A stretch of 64,000 nt of DNA from an uncultured archaeon (lineage in GTDB: Archaea; Aenigmatarchaeota; Aenigmatarchaeia; PWEA01; JAGHBM01): contig CAZOZN010000001.1 of assembly GCA_964584335.1 (NCBI GenBank), forward strand, positions 211,882 through 275,881, written 5' to 3'. Positions 49,017 through 58,212 of the stretch are shown here, piece by piece. Numbering within the stretch: position 1 is the stretch's first letter; every line of letters begins with the position of its first letter. The notes under the pieces are model-generated. The model was not told where the DNA came from and made no database searches. It saw nothing but the letters and a program-made list of their open reading frames with translations. The position numbers and the translations under genes were made by a program.

Positions 49017-49304
49017 ATGATGTTAACAAAGATTACGGAATACATAAAAGAAAACAATGTAAAATCTCCTCTCTATCATACATGGAGAGAACTGGAAAAG
49101 GATGGAGAGAAGAAAGGCGAGATAAGGATACTTGTTCTTGAGGACAATAAGGCAAGAGCCGAATACAAGTGCCCCGATTGCGGTCATCATGGGTATTTGG
49201 AGAGAGAATGGAAAAGGCCTTTTAATGTAAAGTGTGATAACTGCGGTAACACTATAAGGGTTCCCAGACTCAAGGACCAGATAAAAAGAGAAAAAAAGAA
49301 ATAG
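49017..49304 (+). CDS. Zinc-ribbon protein
   Basis: CPDCG...CDNCG. Confidence 0.65.
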   Translation: MMLTKITEYIKENNVKSPLYHTWRELEKDGEKKGEIRILVLEDNKARAEYKCPDCGHHGYLEREWKRPFNVKCDNCGNTIRVPRLKDQIKREKKK

Positions 49305-49313
49305 AGGGTTTTT

Positions 49314-49598
49314 ATGCCTAATGATTTTGTGCCTAAAGATGAAGTAGGTTTCATTTTAAAGAGTCTTGACATGACCCCAAGAAATTTCAGTACTCTCGTT
49401 GACGGACTAGGGAAATTGTATGGCATGAGTGGCGAGGAGGCCGAGAGTTACATAACTGAATTGGACGGCGTGTCAAAAGAAAAAAACGAATCGGATGAAA
49501 AATTAAAGGGATGTATGGAAATTTACGAAGTCGGCCTTGACAGAAGGTGCTGCATAACTGAAAAGGGAAGGGAAATTCTTCACAAGTATTTCATTTAG
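49314..49598 (+). CDS. Hypothetical protein (possible winged helix)
   Basis: ITEKGREIL C-terminal motif. Confidence 0.45.
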   Translation: MPNDFVPKDEVGFILKSLDMTPRNFSTLVDGLGKLYGMSGEEAESYITELDGVSKEKNESDEKLKGCMEIYEVGLDRRCCITEKGREILHKYFI

Positions 49599-49635
49599 AA
49601 ATCTTTTTATTTGTTTGATTTTGAAAATAAGTTAT

Positions 49636-49752
49636 GCCTCAGTAGCTCAGCCGGTAGAGCGTTGCCTTGGTAAGGCAGAGGTCGAGGGTTCAAGTGTTTG
49701 AAACTGAAGTTTCATAATTTCAGTCAAACTGAAACTCCCCCCTGAGGCTCCA
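49636..49752 (+). tRNA. tRNA-Thr(GGU) with 41-nt intron at 59/60 in the T-loop (49695-49735)
   Basis: GCCTCAG/CTGAGGC acceptor, CCA end, TGCC-TTGGTAA-GGCA anticodon arm; BHB with TTCA/TGAA helix, AGT and ACT bulges, GTTTGA/TCAAAC intron stem. Confidence 0.9.
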
Positions 49753-49794
49753 TGTTTTTTCCTTAGGGCTCCACTCAATTTTTTATCCCATCTT

Positions 49795-50943
49795 ATGAGG
49801 TTTGGGAGAGTGAGTAGACTTCACAAAACAGGAAAAAGATTGATATCTTGTTATAAAAGAGTAGAAAAATTAGAGAAAGAAAAGGACGTTGAACTTATTT
49901 TTAGGTTCAGGGACTACTGCTATGCAAACAGTCTATCAGATTCCCGTATATTATTTTATCTGAATAAGCTGGTTGTAATAAGCAGAATGGTTGAAAAGAG
50001 TCTGGATGAACTGGAAAAGGAAGATATTGAGAAAATCGTTGCAAAGATTTCCAGGTCTTATGAATCTGAATGGACAAAACACGGATTCAAAACAACAATA
50101 AAAAAATTTTACAAATGGTTAGAAGGAGACGGTGAAGATTTTCCAAAGAAGGTGAAATGGATCAAACCATCTCCAAGAAAATCAAAACTCCGTAAACCAA
50201 CAATTCTTTCTAAAGAAGAAATAAAACGAATTTTTGATATTTCTGAAGGAATTCTTGAGAAAGCCTTGTCAACTTTCATGTATGAAAGCGGTTGCAGGTC
50301 GCCGGATGAATTGCTGAATTTGAGTATCGGTGATGTTGATATTCTGGATAACAGAGCAAAAGTAAGGCTTGTAAGTGGCAAAGTCGGTGAAAGAAGGATT
50401 CTACTGGTTTCTTCTGTCCCCTACTTGAAGGAATGGTTAAACAAGCATCCGAAAAAGAATTTTGGCAAGCCATTCTGGTACAAAGGAGATAAGCCATTAA
50501 CATACAATGTTCTCCGAGGAATAATCAAAAAGTGGAAAAGGAAAGCACACATTGAGAAGGAAATGACTGCTTATACTTTCAGAAGAACCCGTGCCACGCA
50601 CTTGTCTAACAAGTGGCCTACTCCAGTCCTCTACAAGTACATGGGCTGGGTTCCCGGTTCCGACGTCATAGAAAGATATGTGGCTCTGAATGAGGATGAT
50701 GTTGAAGAAACCGTCCTAAAATTCTATGGAATGAATTCTGAAATAAAGAAAACTGACATTAGATCAATGTTCTGTTCCTTCTGTGGTCAGCAAAATCCAC
50801 CAGACCTTGATTTCTGCCACTTTTGTAGTAATCCACTAACGGATTTGGCCAAGAAAAAAGAGCGGGAGGAACACATCAAGGCCATGCTTGACAAGATGAT
50901 AGAAAAGAAAGTTGAAGAAATTAAAGTCAATAAAACAAAGTAA
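49795..50943 (+). CDS. Tyrosine integrase with C-terminal zinc ribbon
   Basis: ESGCR..E, GK.G, YTFRRTRAT, YMGW, ERY catalytic set; CSFC...CHFC. Confidence 0.92.
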   Translation: MRFGRVSRLHKTGKRLISCYKRVEKLEKEKDVELIFRFRDYCYANSLSDSRILFYLNKLVVISRMVEKSLDELEKEDIEKIVAKISRSYESEWTKHGFKTTIKKFYKWLEGDGEDFPKKVKWIKPSPRKSKLRKPTILSKEEIKRIFDISEGILEKALSTFMYESGCRSPDELLNLSIGDVDILDNRAKVRLVSGKVGERRILLVSSVPYLKEWLNKHPKKNFGKPFWYKGDKPLTYNVLRGIIKKWKRKAHIEKEMTAYTFRRTRATHLSNKWPTPVLYKYMGWVPGSDVIERYVALNEDDVEETVLKFYGMNSEIKKTDIRSMFCSFCGQQNPPDLDFCHFCSNPLTDLAKKKEREEHIKAMLDKMIEKKVEEIKVNKTK

Positions 50944-50961
50944 ATTCTTAATATATCACAT

Positions 50962-51777
50962 TTATTTTTTCTTAGAATTTATTTCCCAAGCTGCGATAAG
51001 TACCATAAATATAAGAACTATAATATAATTTTTTGTTAAAAAATATGCAATTAGTAATATAATAAATAAAATTATGAAAACGATATGACTCTTTAATTTT
51101 AAATTATCTAAAATGGATTTAATTATATTATAATAACTTGTTTCTTCTTCATTTGTATCTTCTATATTTTTAATAATATTTTCAAAAGGATCTTTTTCTT
51201 TCTTTTCAATTTTATTTACAACAAAATATATGAAATCTTCAAAAGTGTTTTTTATGGATTTTTCCGGGTTATTTGCTTCATTAATTTTATCTAAATATTC
51301 ATCTATTTTTTCATATAGATCTTCATAAGAGTCTTTGCTTCTAATTAGATTTTTAAATTTTTCTAAGCAAAAAATTGCTTTATCATAATTTGAATTTTTA
51401 TGATTCTCTAGAGCAGAAGCTAGATAATGTTTTCTTAAATCGGATATACTTAAGTCAAATTCTGAATATTTGTCTCTGAGTTTTAATATAAACCAAATAA
51501 AAATAACTAAAATTATAACTAAAATAAAAAATATAATCAAAATTATTCCATTATCAAGGGAAAAGATTATTTTATCCAATTTTTGCTCCGGTTCAAAATT
51601 TGTATATGATTTATTATAAAAGCTAATTCCAAAAATCAAAGCAGTAATAAGAATAATACTAGAAATTAAAGTAAAAAAGTATTCTAATTTATTTATTTTA
51701 TTTATTTTTTTTATATCTTTATCACATTTCTTCCATTTCTTTATTTTAGTGTACATGCTTTTTTGTTTTTTTGGCAT
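50962..51777 (-). CDS. Four-TM membrane protein
   Basis: Two N-terminal and two C-terminal TM helices around a helical domain. Confidence 0.55.
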   Translation of the reverse strand: MPKKQKSMYTKIKKWKKCDKDIKKINKINKLEYFFTLISSIILITALIFGISFYNKSYTNFEPEQKLDKIIFSLDNGIILIIFFILVIILVIFIWFILKLRDKYSEFDLSISDLRKHYLASALENHKNSNYDKAIFCLEKFKNLIRSKDSYEDLYEKIDEYLDKINEANNPEKSIKNTFEDFIYFVVNKIEKKEKDPFENIIKNIEDTNEEETSYYNIIKSILDNLKLKSHIVFIILFIILLIAYFLTKNYIIVLIFMVLIAAWEINSKKK

Positions 51778-51833
51778 AAAATCAATAAAAATAGGTTTTC
51801 AAAACATAAATTTATTAAAAATTATAACTAAAT

Positions 51834-52499
51834 ATGAATAATAAGAAAAATCGTTTATCTATGTGTGAAAGAATTGGTATTTTTTATATTTTAGGTTATC
51901 TATTTATTTTTCTTATAAATCATATATGGAACAGAATTCTAAAATTCGAACCAATTATAATTTATATAAAATTAGATAATTTGTTACAAATTGCAACTTT
52001 ACCTATTTTTATTTGGCTAATATATGTAAATAGAGAAAAAATTATATTTTATTTAAAAGAATTGTGGAAGTATTTCAAAGGAAGATATTTTTTTGCGGAT
52101 CTTTCGGTTGGATGGTTTTTTGCACTTATCTTTCTTGTTAATTTGTTTAGAAAGGCAGATAGTATTTTATTCTTTTTAACAATATCAACGATTTACATTA
52201 CTTTGGCTGGATTTACTTTTACTGCCGGTTCTTTCTATAAAGGAATTAAAAAAAGTGAAACTACGATGAAAAAGTTTTTCCGTCTTTCGGTTTTTTGTGC
52301 TGTAACCGGATTCTTGAATATAATTTTCTATCTGTCCTATGAATTAATAGTTATGTTAGAAAAATATGGTAATATAACAGGTATTATTTTAGCCATTTAT
52401 TTGGTAATATTGGGCTTCCTCTTTTGGGTTATTTTCACGAGATTGATATATTTATTAATAGAGACTGCAAATAAAAACGAAAAAAGAAGAATGGTATAA
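51834..52499 (+). CDS. Multi-pass membrane protein
   Basis: About six TM segments. Confidence 0.55.
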   Translation: MNNKKNRLSMCERIGIFYILGYLFIFLINHIWNRILKFEPIIIYIKLDNLLQIATLPIFIWLIYVNREKIIFYLKELWKYFKGRYFFADLSVGWFFALIFLVNLFRKADSILFFLTISTIYITLAGFTFTAGSFYKGIKKSETTMKKFFRLSVFCAVTGFLNIIFYLSYELIVMLEKYGNITGIILAIYLVILGFLFWVIFTRLIYLLIETANKNEKRRMV

Positions 52500-52524
52500 A
52501 TATTTTTTCTACCTTAATATTGAC

Positions 52525-53646
52525 ATGATTAAGTATGGTGATTCCGGAGTTCATATTGAATTGGGTGACGATGCTTCCAAGGTTCTTTATAATGCAGCCA
52601 AAATAACTTGGAAAAATAGAACAGGTAAAATAGGAGATATTATAAAACCCTTTGATGATTTTAGTGGAGTTAGGGGTATAAATGTTTCAAATCTACCAGA
52701 CGGAACTTTAATGGGGCTTAATTTTGATGGTGTTGGAACAAAGATGGAAATAGCAGAGAGAATAGATGACCATAGAACTATAGCTTATGATCTCTTTGCG
52801 ATGGTTTCTGATGATGCTGTTAGAGATGGAGCCGAACCTGTGGTCTTAGGATCAATTCTCGATGTAAGATCTTTAGAAGAAGGTAAAGAAACTCACATAG
52901 ACAAAGTAAAACAATTGGCTGAGGGGTATGTAAACGCAGCAAAAGAAGCCAATGTGGCTGTAATAAACGGTGAAGTTGCAGAATTGGGTAACAGAGTGGG
53001 TGGCTATGGAAAGTTTAACTACAATTGGGGCGCTGGTTTAGTTTGGTTTGCCAAAGAGGATAGAATGTTTACAGGCAAGGAAATAGAAGTTGGTGATTTA
53101 TTGATTGGATTAGAGGAGAAAGGTATCAGATCAAACGGGGCTTCTCTTTCAAGAAAAATAGTTGAGGATAAATACGGAGAAAAATGGCATGAGGAAAGTT
53201 ATAATGGAGAGAATTTAGCGAAACTTCTTTTAGAACCATCAAAAATTTACACAAAAGCAGTCGTTGAAATGATCGGTGGTTATGACATGGAACCCAAAGC
53301 TGATGTAAATGGAGTAGTTCATGTAACAGGGGGAGGAATTCCTGGTAAAGTAGGAAGAGCTCTAAGACCAAAGAAACTTGGTGCATATATTGATTTTCCA
53401 TTTGATTCTCCTAAGATTATGAATTATTGTCAGCATTGGGGTGAAGTGAGTGATGAAGAGGCATATAAAACTTGGAACATGGGACAAGGAATGATTATCA
53501 TAACATCAGAGGAAAATGATGTTAAAAAAGTTGCTCGTGAGCATAATATAGATTCAAAAGTAATTGGCGTCGTATCAGATAAACTAGGTATACATATTAA
53601 GAGTAAGGGATTTTATTCTTATGATCAACTAATTAATTTTGTTTGA
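52525..53646 (+). CDS. purM: Phosphoribosylformylglycinamidine cyclo-ligase (AIR synthetase)-like
   Basis: Y...GV, DGVGTK, AMV.DD....GAEP, GE.AE, G.RSNG.SL, HVTGGG, TWNMG.G. Confidence 0.8.
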   Translation: MIKYGDSGVHIELGDDASKVLYNAAKITWKNRTGKIGDIIKPFDDFSGVRGINVSNLPDGTLMGLNFDGVGTKMEIAERIDDHRTIAYDLFAMVSDDAVRDGAEPVVLGSILDVRSLEEGKETHIDKVKQLAEGYVNAAKEANVAVINGEVAELGNRVGGYGKFNYNWGAGLVWFAKEDRMFTGKEIEVGDLLIGLEEKGIRSNGASLSRKIVEDKYGEKWHEESYNGENLAKLLLEPSKIYTKAVVEMIGGYDMEPKADVNGVVHVTGGGIPGKVGRALRPKKLGAYIDFPFDSPKIMNYCQHWGEVSDEEAYKTWNMGQGMIIITSEENDVKKVAREHNIDSKVIGVVSDKLGIHIKSKGFYSYDQLINFV

Positions 53647-53694
53647 TAATCCTTAAAAATAAAACTTAAATTTTTCAAATATTAAAACTATTAT

Positions 53695-54222
53695 ATGGTT
53701 ACTGTTGCTGTAACAGATATACTTGTAAAAGAAGCACCAAAGGCTGAAGTTTATCTGATTAAAATTGATGATTATTTCTATGGTAGACAAAATAAAAAGA
53801 AAGGAGAAACAAACAAAGATGGTTTTGTAAAATTTAAATCAGTTTCTGATGGTGCTTATTTGGTTAGAGTTACAAATAAAAAAAGTATTGTTGAAAAAAT
53901 TTATGAAATTGAAGATAATAACTGGATAAGAATAAGACTTCCACTATTTTTTAATCTACTCAAAAGAAGTAAGTCTGCTAATAGAGAAATAATAAGAAAT
54001 ATTTATGAAAAATATAGAACTGATAGAAAAAAATGTTTTAAATGTAAAAAATCTTTTAAGGGAATGTCTGATGTTTTTATGTGTAAATATTGTGAAAAAT
54101 TTTTTTGTGCTGAACACCGTGTTCCCGAGACTCATAAATGTTGGGGAGACCCAAAACAACCAGATGGACAAGGATTTAGGGAAATTCATACTAAACATTG
54201 TATAAAAGTAAGAGGATGGTAA
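53695..54222 (+). CDS. Carboxypeptidase-regulatory-like domain fused to AN1 zinc finger
   Basis: TNKDG.V.F....G.Y.V.V; CKYCEKFFCAEHRVPETHKC. Confidence 0.75.
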   Translation: MVTVAVTDILVKEAPKAEVYLIKIDDYFYGRQNKKKGETNKDGFVKFKSVSDGAYLVRVTNKKSIVEKIYEIEDNNWIRIRLPLFFNLLKRSKSANREIIRNIYEKYRTDRKKCFKCKKSFKGMSDVFMCKYCEKFFCAEHRVPETHKCWGDPKQPDGQGFREIHTKHCIKVRGW

Positions 54223-54284
54223 TTTTTCTCAGATTTAAAACTTAAATATTTCAATCTTCTAACTTTTTAGTAGTGGGGGTTAAA

Positions 54285-54836
54285 ATGAAAAAAATAGCAA
54301 TCGTTTTGCTCTTAGCTTGTATTATTTTTGTTTCTGGATGTGTTGATGAAGGAACAACCGATGAGACTAAAACTGAAGAAACACAAGAAACAAAAACTGA
54401 AGATTATACATTCACTCAAGTGATTACATATGAAAATGAAAATTCAACTATAAGGATTATAAAAAATAAGCTGTTTAAAACTGCTACAATTGAAATGAAT
54501 GTATTCTATGAAGAATCTTTTATAAAAACTCCATTTGGAGATTTGACAAATTTTACTACCACCATTAGTTGTGGTTTAATGAGTATAGCATTTTTCAATC
54601 AAACTGCTCTTGAAGAATTTAATAATGTTGTGGAAAAATGGAACTCTATGGATGCTACTATAACAGACGATAGTCCTCCTGAAGAGAAGGAAGAAAAGCC
54701 TCAAGAAAACCCACTTGAAGGATATGAAGTAACAGAAGTACATTTGTATCTAAGAGACAAATCAACTAAAAATAAATTTTCAGAATGCAAAATAACAGGA
54801 ACGTCTAAATCTGATATTGATATAAAAATATACTGA
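54285..54836 (+). CDS. Lipoprotein
   Basis: MKK-hydrophobic-VSGC lipobox. Confidence 0.7.
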   Translation: MKKIAIVLLLACIIFVSGCVDEGTTDETKTEETQETKTEDYTFTQVITYENENSTIRIIKNKLFKTATIEMNVFYEESFIKTPFGDLTNFTTTISCGLMSIAFFNQTALEEFNNVVEKWNSMDATITDDSPPEEKEEKPQENPLEGYEVTEVHLYLRDKSTKNKFSECKITGTSKSDIDIKIY

Positions 54837-54867
54837 AATTTAGAAATACAAATTAAAGGAGAAGAAA

Positions 54868-54975
54868 ATGAAAAAACTACTAAAAGACTTTGATTTCTGG
54901 AAAGGATTTTTCTTAGGTTCTTTGCTGGTTGCTGTTGTTTTAACCATTGTTGGAATTGTTTTTGGATTTATCTAA
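54868..54975 (+). CDS. Small single-TM peptide (35 aa)
   Basis: Manual translation MKKLLKDFDFWKGFFLGSLLVAVVLTIVGIVFGFI; AAGGAG SD. Confidence 0.45.
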   Translation: MKKLLKDFDFWKGFFLGSLLVAVVLTIVGIVFGFI

Positions 54976-54990
54976 GATAGTTTTTAGATT

Positions 54991-55302
54991 TCATATCTTA
55001 ACTGTGCCTATCATATTTTTTACCATTACTTCTTTTCCTATTTTGTCAGGCAACAAACATATTATCCCCCCTGCTGGAGTAATAAGTAACTTTGCCACGT
55101 AAAAATTATCTCCAGAATCTATAGTAGAGATTTTTAATTCCGGTCTAAAGTAAAATCTTATATCCTCAGGAATCTTGTTGTAATTTTTAATTAACTTTTT
55201 AATTAATTTTTTGTGCATTAGGAATTTTTCTTTCAACTTGTTCATGTTATCCAAACTGATATTTACGTCACATGAACTGCTAAAAAATAAATCTACTTTC
55301 AC
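54991..55302 (-). CDS. Hypothetical protein
   Basis: Third gene of a tight minus-strand operon; GAGGTGA SD. Confidence 0.5.
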   Translation of the reverse strand: MKVDLFFSSSCDVNISLDNMNKLKEKFLMHKKLIKKLIKNYNKIPEDIRFYFRPELKISTIDSGDNFYVAKLLITPAGGIICLLPDKIGKEVMVKNMIGTVKI

Positions 55303-55311
55303 AAAATCACC

Positions 55312-55542
55312 TCAAAATTCATCCTCGTCGTCATCATCATCACCATCAAAATCGAAAAAAGGTAAGGAAAAAAAGTCTCTCTGGATGGACATTCTTATTG
55401 AGTTTACCATATTAAAGTCAACAATTTTACCGTTCTTCCATTTAATCTTAAGTTTTCCAGTAAAACCTCCTTTGTAAAGTTGCTCGAGGGCTTTTTCATT
55501 CAGAAGATTTAATATTTTTTTCTCTTGTTGTGTCTGCTTCAC
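55312..55542 (-). CDS. Small protein with acidic tail
   Basis: Overlaps the HTH stop; FTG.L.I.W.NG.I motif. Confidence 0.5.
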   Translation of the reverse strand: MKQTQQEKKILNLLNEKALEQLYKGGFTGKLKIKWKNGKIVDFNMVNSIRMSIQRDFFSLPFFDFDGDDDDDEDEF

Positions 55543-55958
55543 TCTATCACCAAATTAAAATTTATTAGCTCGTCTGCCTTATCTCTTATATCGGTCAAAC
55601 CTAAGAATGATTCAACAAAATTTCTCCCTTTTTTACTTAACTTGAAAAAATTTGTTTTTTCCTTTCTTGGTCCACCTTCAGCAATCCTGGTCACTTTTTC
55701 TATTAAACCAAGTTTTAAAAGATGATTGAGTACTTTTGTAACACTTGGTTGAGGTATGTTTGATACAATAGCGATATCAGAAACCCTGAGATTCTCTTTC
55801 AATTCAGATAAGACAAAAATAACTCTTAGTGAACCGCTTATCCTGAATACTTTTTCAACACCTTCTAAAGCTTTGAGTCTCTTCGGGGTTATTGTTTCTT
55901 TTACCCATTTCTCATATCTCTTTTCAAAAAATTCTTTGAGTCCCATCCAATTACCCAT
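55539..55958 (-). CDS. Winged-helix transcriptional regulator
   Basis: VSDIA....IPQPSVTK.L..L...GLI, LSKKG. Confidence 0.8.
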   Translation of the reverse strand: MGNWMGLKEFFEKRYEKWVKETITPKRLKALEGVEKVFRISGSLRVIFVLSELKENLRVSDIAIVSNIPQPSVTKVLNHLLKLGLIEKVTRIAEGGPRKEKTNFFKLSKKGRNFVESFLGLTDIRDKADELINFNLVIE

Positions 55959-56088
55959 TACGTATTATAATTGTAATTTGTAATATGAGAATATAAAGAT
56001 ATGTGTGCTTGAAAATATAATAAAAAATAATAGAATTTTCTGAGAGTCGTTTTTTAAGATTTTTAAATATACTTCACTAATTTTTATT

Positions 56089-56382
56089 ATGGATAAAAGG
56101 GCGATATTTTATTGGGTTTTTACTATAATTTTAATTGTAATCTTTCTAACAATAACAGTATGTAAAACTGGAGAATTGTCATGTCCCATTTTTGATTTTT
56201 CTTTAGGAGATGAAATAATTACAGAAAATAAATGTTCTCAAATTGCTACAGGTTCTGCAATGATGGGGATAGACAAAAATGAAGCCTATGAAATAGCATG
56301 TATGGAAAAATGTGGTAATTTAGATATGAATTATATTTCTGATAAATGTGATAAGGACATTTTAATTTGTTATTGCCGTTAA
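56089..56382 (+). CDS. Small TM-anchored Cys-rich protein, paralogue of 32690-32956
   Basis: Same C-x21-C-x3-C-x11-C-x6-CYCR spacing. Confidence 0.7.
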   Translation: MDKRAIFYWVFTIILIVIFLTITVCKTGELSCPIFDFSLGDEIITENKCSQIATGSAMMGIDKNEAYEIACMEKCGNLDMNYISDKCDKDILICYCR

Positions 56383-56425
56383 TTTCATATTTTTAAAGAT
56401 AAGCAATCTATTTTTTATGGTATAG

Positions 56426-57499
56426 ATGAAAAATAAAAAAATTGTTATAATAATCTTAATTTCAATAGTAGTTTTTTTACTTTTTTATTTGGTCTATTCT
56501 CTTAATAGCGAAAATGTAAGATTAGAAAAAGAATATGATGAATACAAAAAACAGTCCAATAAAAATATAGAAAAATTAGAAAGTGATTTGAATTCTTTAG
56601 AAAAAGAAAAAAATGAAATTGAAGAATCTTACCAAAATTTGAATTTGGAAGTTGATGAAGTTATAAAAAAGATAGAAGATTATGAAAATGAACTAAATGA
56701 ATCTATAAAGTGGTTTAAAGATAATTCCATACTAAAGAATGAAAGCATACAGAAAAAAACTACTTTTTTTCTAGATAATGTATGTTTTAAGAAAATTGAT
56801 GGAAAATGCCACATAAAAACAGGTTGTTTTTTCTTGACCAACTTAAAACAACTTGGTTACACATATAAAAATGATACAGATACTAGCGAAAGTTATGACA
56901 AATTACAGAGTCTGAACGAGTTCATAAACAATAGTGGCGGTGATTGTGAAGACTACGCTCTTTTTTTCAAGGCAGAGTATAATTATATTTTAGAAAAATG
57001 TAAGGGTATCGAACCTTCTAATATAACTATAGAAAGCTGGGTTGAAGATGAAGATTCATATGATAGATATTGGCTTAATTTTGTTACTGATTGGTATATA
57101 AGAGGTGCTGAGGCTTTCTATCTTAAAGATGGTTATATAAATCCTGTTGTTATATGTGGGGATATTTATGATTTTAACTCAGATAAAGTTTGGGGACATT
57201 GTATTTTAGCATTCACAAAAAATAAAATAAAAAGTAAGGAAGATTTAAATGAACTTAATAAAGCTCCTGTAATAGAACCACAGAATGGAATTTATATGGG
57301 TCTGATAAATGATTATTCTTCTAACATTTTTTTGATTAACAGAAATAATTATAATGTTAATTTTAATTCTCGTATATATATTGTGATAACAGATGAGGAT
57401 TATTTTCTTTTCTCTTTCGATAAAGGAGAATGGATGAGTTATTCTATTTTTCTAAATGATTTAAATGACAAAAAAATGGATTTGCTTAATATAAGATAA
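56426..57499 (+). CDS. TM + coiled-coil + transglutaminase-like/cysteine-protease-like domain protein
   Basis: GDCEDYA, GHC, IEPQ motifs. Confidence 0.65.
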   Translation: MKNKKIVIIILISIVVFLLFYLVYSLNSENVRLEKEYDEYKKQSNKNIEKLESDLNSLEKEKNEIEESYQNLNLEVDEVIKKIEDYENELNESIKWFKDNSILKNESIQKKTTFFLDNVCFKKIDGKCHIKTGCFFLTNLKQLGYTYKNDTDTSESYDKLQSLNEFINNSGGDCEDYALFFKAEYNYILEKCKGIEPSNITIESWVEDEDSYDRYWLNFVTDWYIRGAEAFYLKDGYINPVVICGDIYDFNSDKVWGHCILAFTKNKIKSKEDLNELNKAPVIEPQNGIYMGLINDYSSNIFLINRNNYNVNFNSRIYIVITDEDYFLFSFDKGEWMSYSIFLNDLNDKKMDLLNIR

Positions 57500-57536
57500 A
57501 ATTCAGTTTTTTAAAGATAAGGAACTTAATATTATC

Positions 57537-57761
57537 ATGTCATTTCTTGAAACTCTTAAGATTATACTTTTTATGGTTTTTATTTTAGTTATAATTGTCA
57601 TTTTACCTTTCTATCTTGGTCATAAGGCCATGAAAGACCACAACGAAAAAAAGAAAAAACTATCAAAAGAAGACTTGAAAAAGGAAAACAAAACAATAAC
57701 AATTATTCTTGCAATTTTTCTTGTCTTGGTCTTAATATTTGGTGTTTTTCTCTTAATGTAG
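57537..57761 (+). CDS. Small two-TM protein
   Basis: Two hydrophobic helices. Confidence 0.55.
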   Translation: MSFLETLKIILFMVFILVIIVILPFYLGHKAMKDHNEKKKKLSKEDLKKENKTITIILAIFLVLVLIFGVFLLM

Positions 57762-57789
57762 TTTTTACTTTGCAATCTACCTGTTAACT
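57762..57789 (+). repeat. 28-bp direct repeat, left copy (right copy 60882-60909)
   Basis: TTTTTACTTTGCAATCTACCTGTTAACT identical at both positions. Confidence 0.85.
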
Positions 57790-57858
57790 AAGAGATTTTC
57801 TGAAAACAGTTGATTTAAGATTTTTAAAGATTAGAGTTTAAAAATTTAACGTGGGGGT

Positions 57859-58212
57859 ATGGAAAATATAATAAAAAAAAATATTTTTTCTATAAAAATT
57901 TTTGGTCGTAAAATTAATTTTTGTATTTGCCACCAAAAACCTGAAAGGACATTTAGAATAAAAAATTTCTATTTTCCAGTTTGTTCAAGATGTACAGGAC
58001 TAATTTTTGGGGTTTTGCCTTTTTTAATGTGTTTTTTCTTTTCAATAAAAATAAATTTATTTTATATTATTTTTTTGACTATCCCTCTTATTGTAGACGG
58101 CACAACTCAAACTTTTGGATTAAGAAAGAGTAATAATGTTTTAAGATTTTTTACAGGAGTTTTATTTTCATTCTCTCTTCTGTATATTTTAAAGGTGATG
58201 TTATGGCCTTAG
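57859..58212 (+). CDS. DUF2085 family membrane protein
   Basis: CHQKPER.F, PVCSRCTG...G, P..VDG..Q, SNN.LRF.TG. Confidence 0.88.
   Translation: MENIIKKNIFSIKIFGRKINFCICHQKPERTFRIKNFYFPVCSRCTGLIFGVLPFLMCFFFSIKINLFYIIFLTIPLIVDGTTQTFGLRKSNNVLRFFTGVLFSFSLLYILKVMLWP

Noticed and set aside
54991-55958. Toxin-antitoxin module in the island's minus-strand operon
   Set aside because: No recognisable toxin motif (PIN, RelE, HEPN); left as HTH plus hypotheticals
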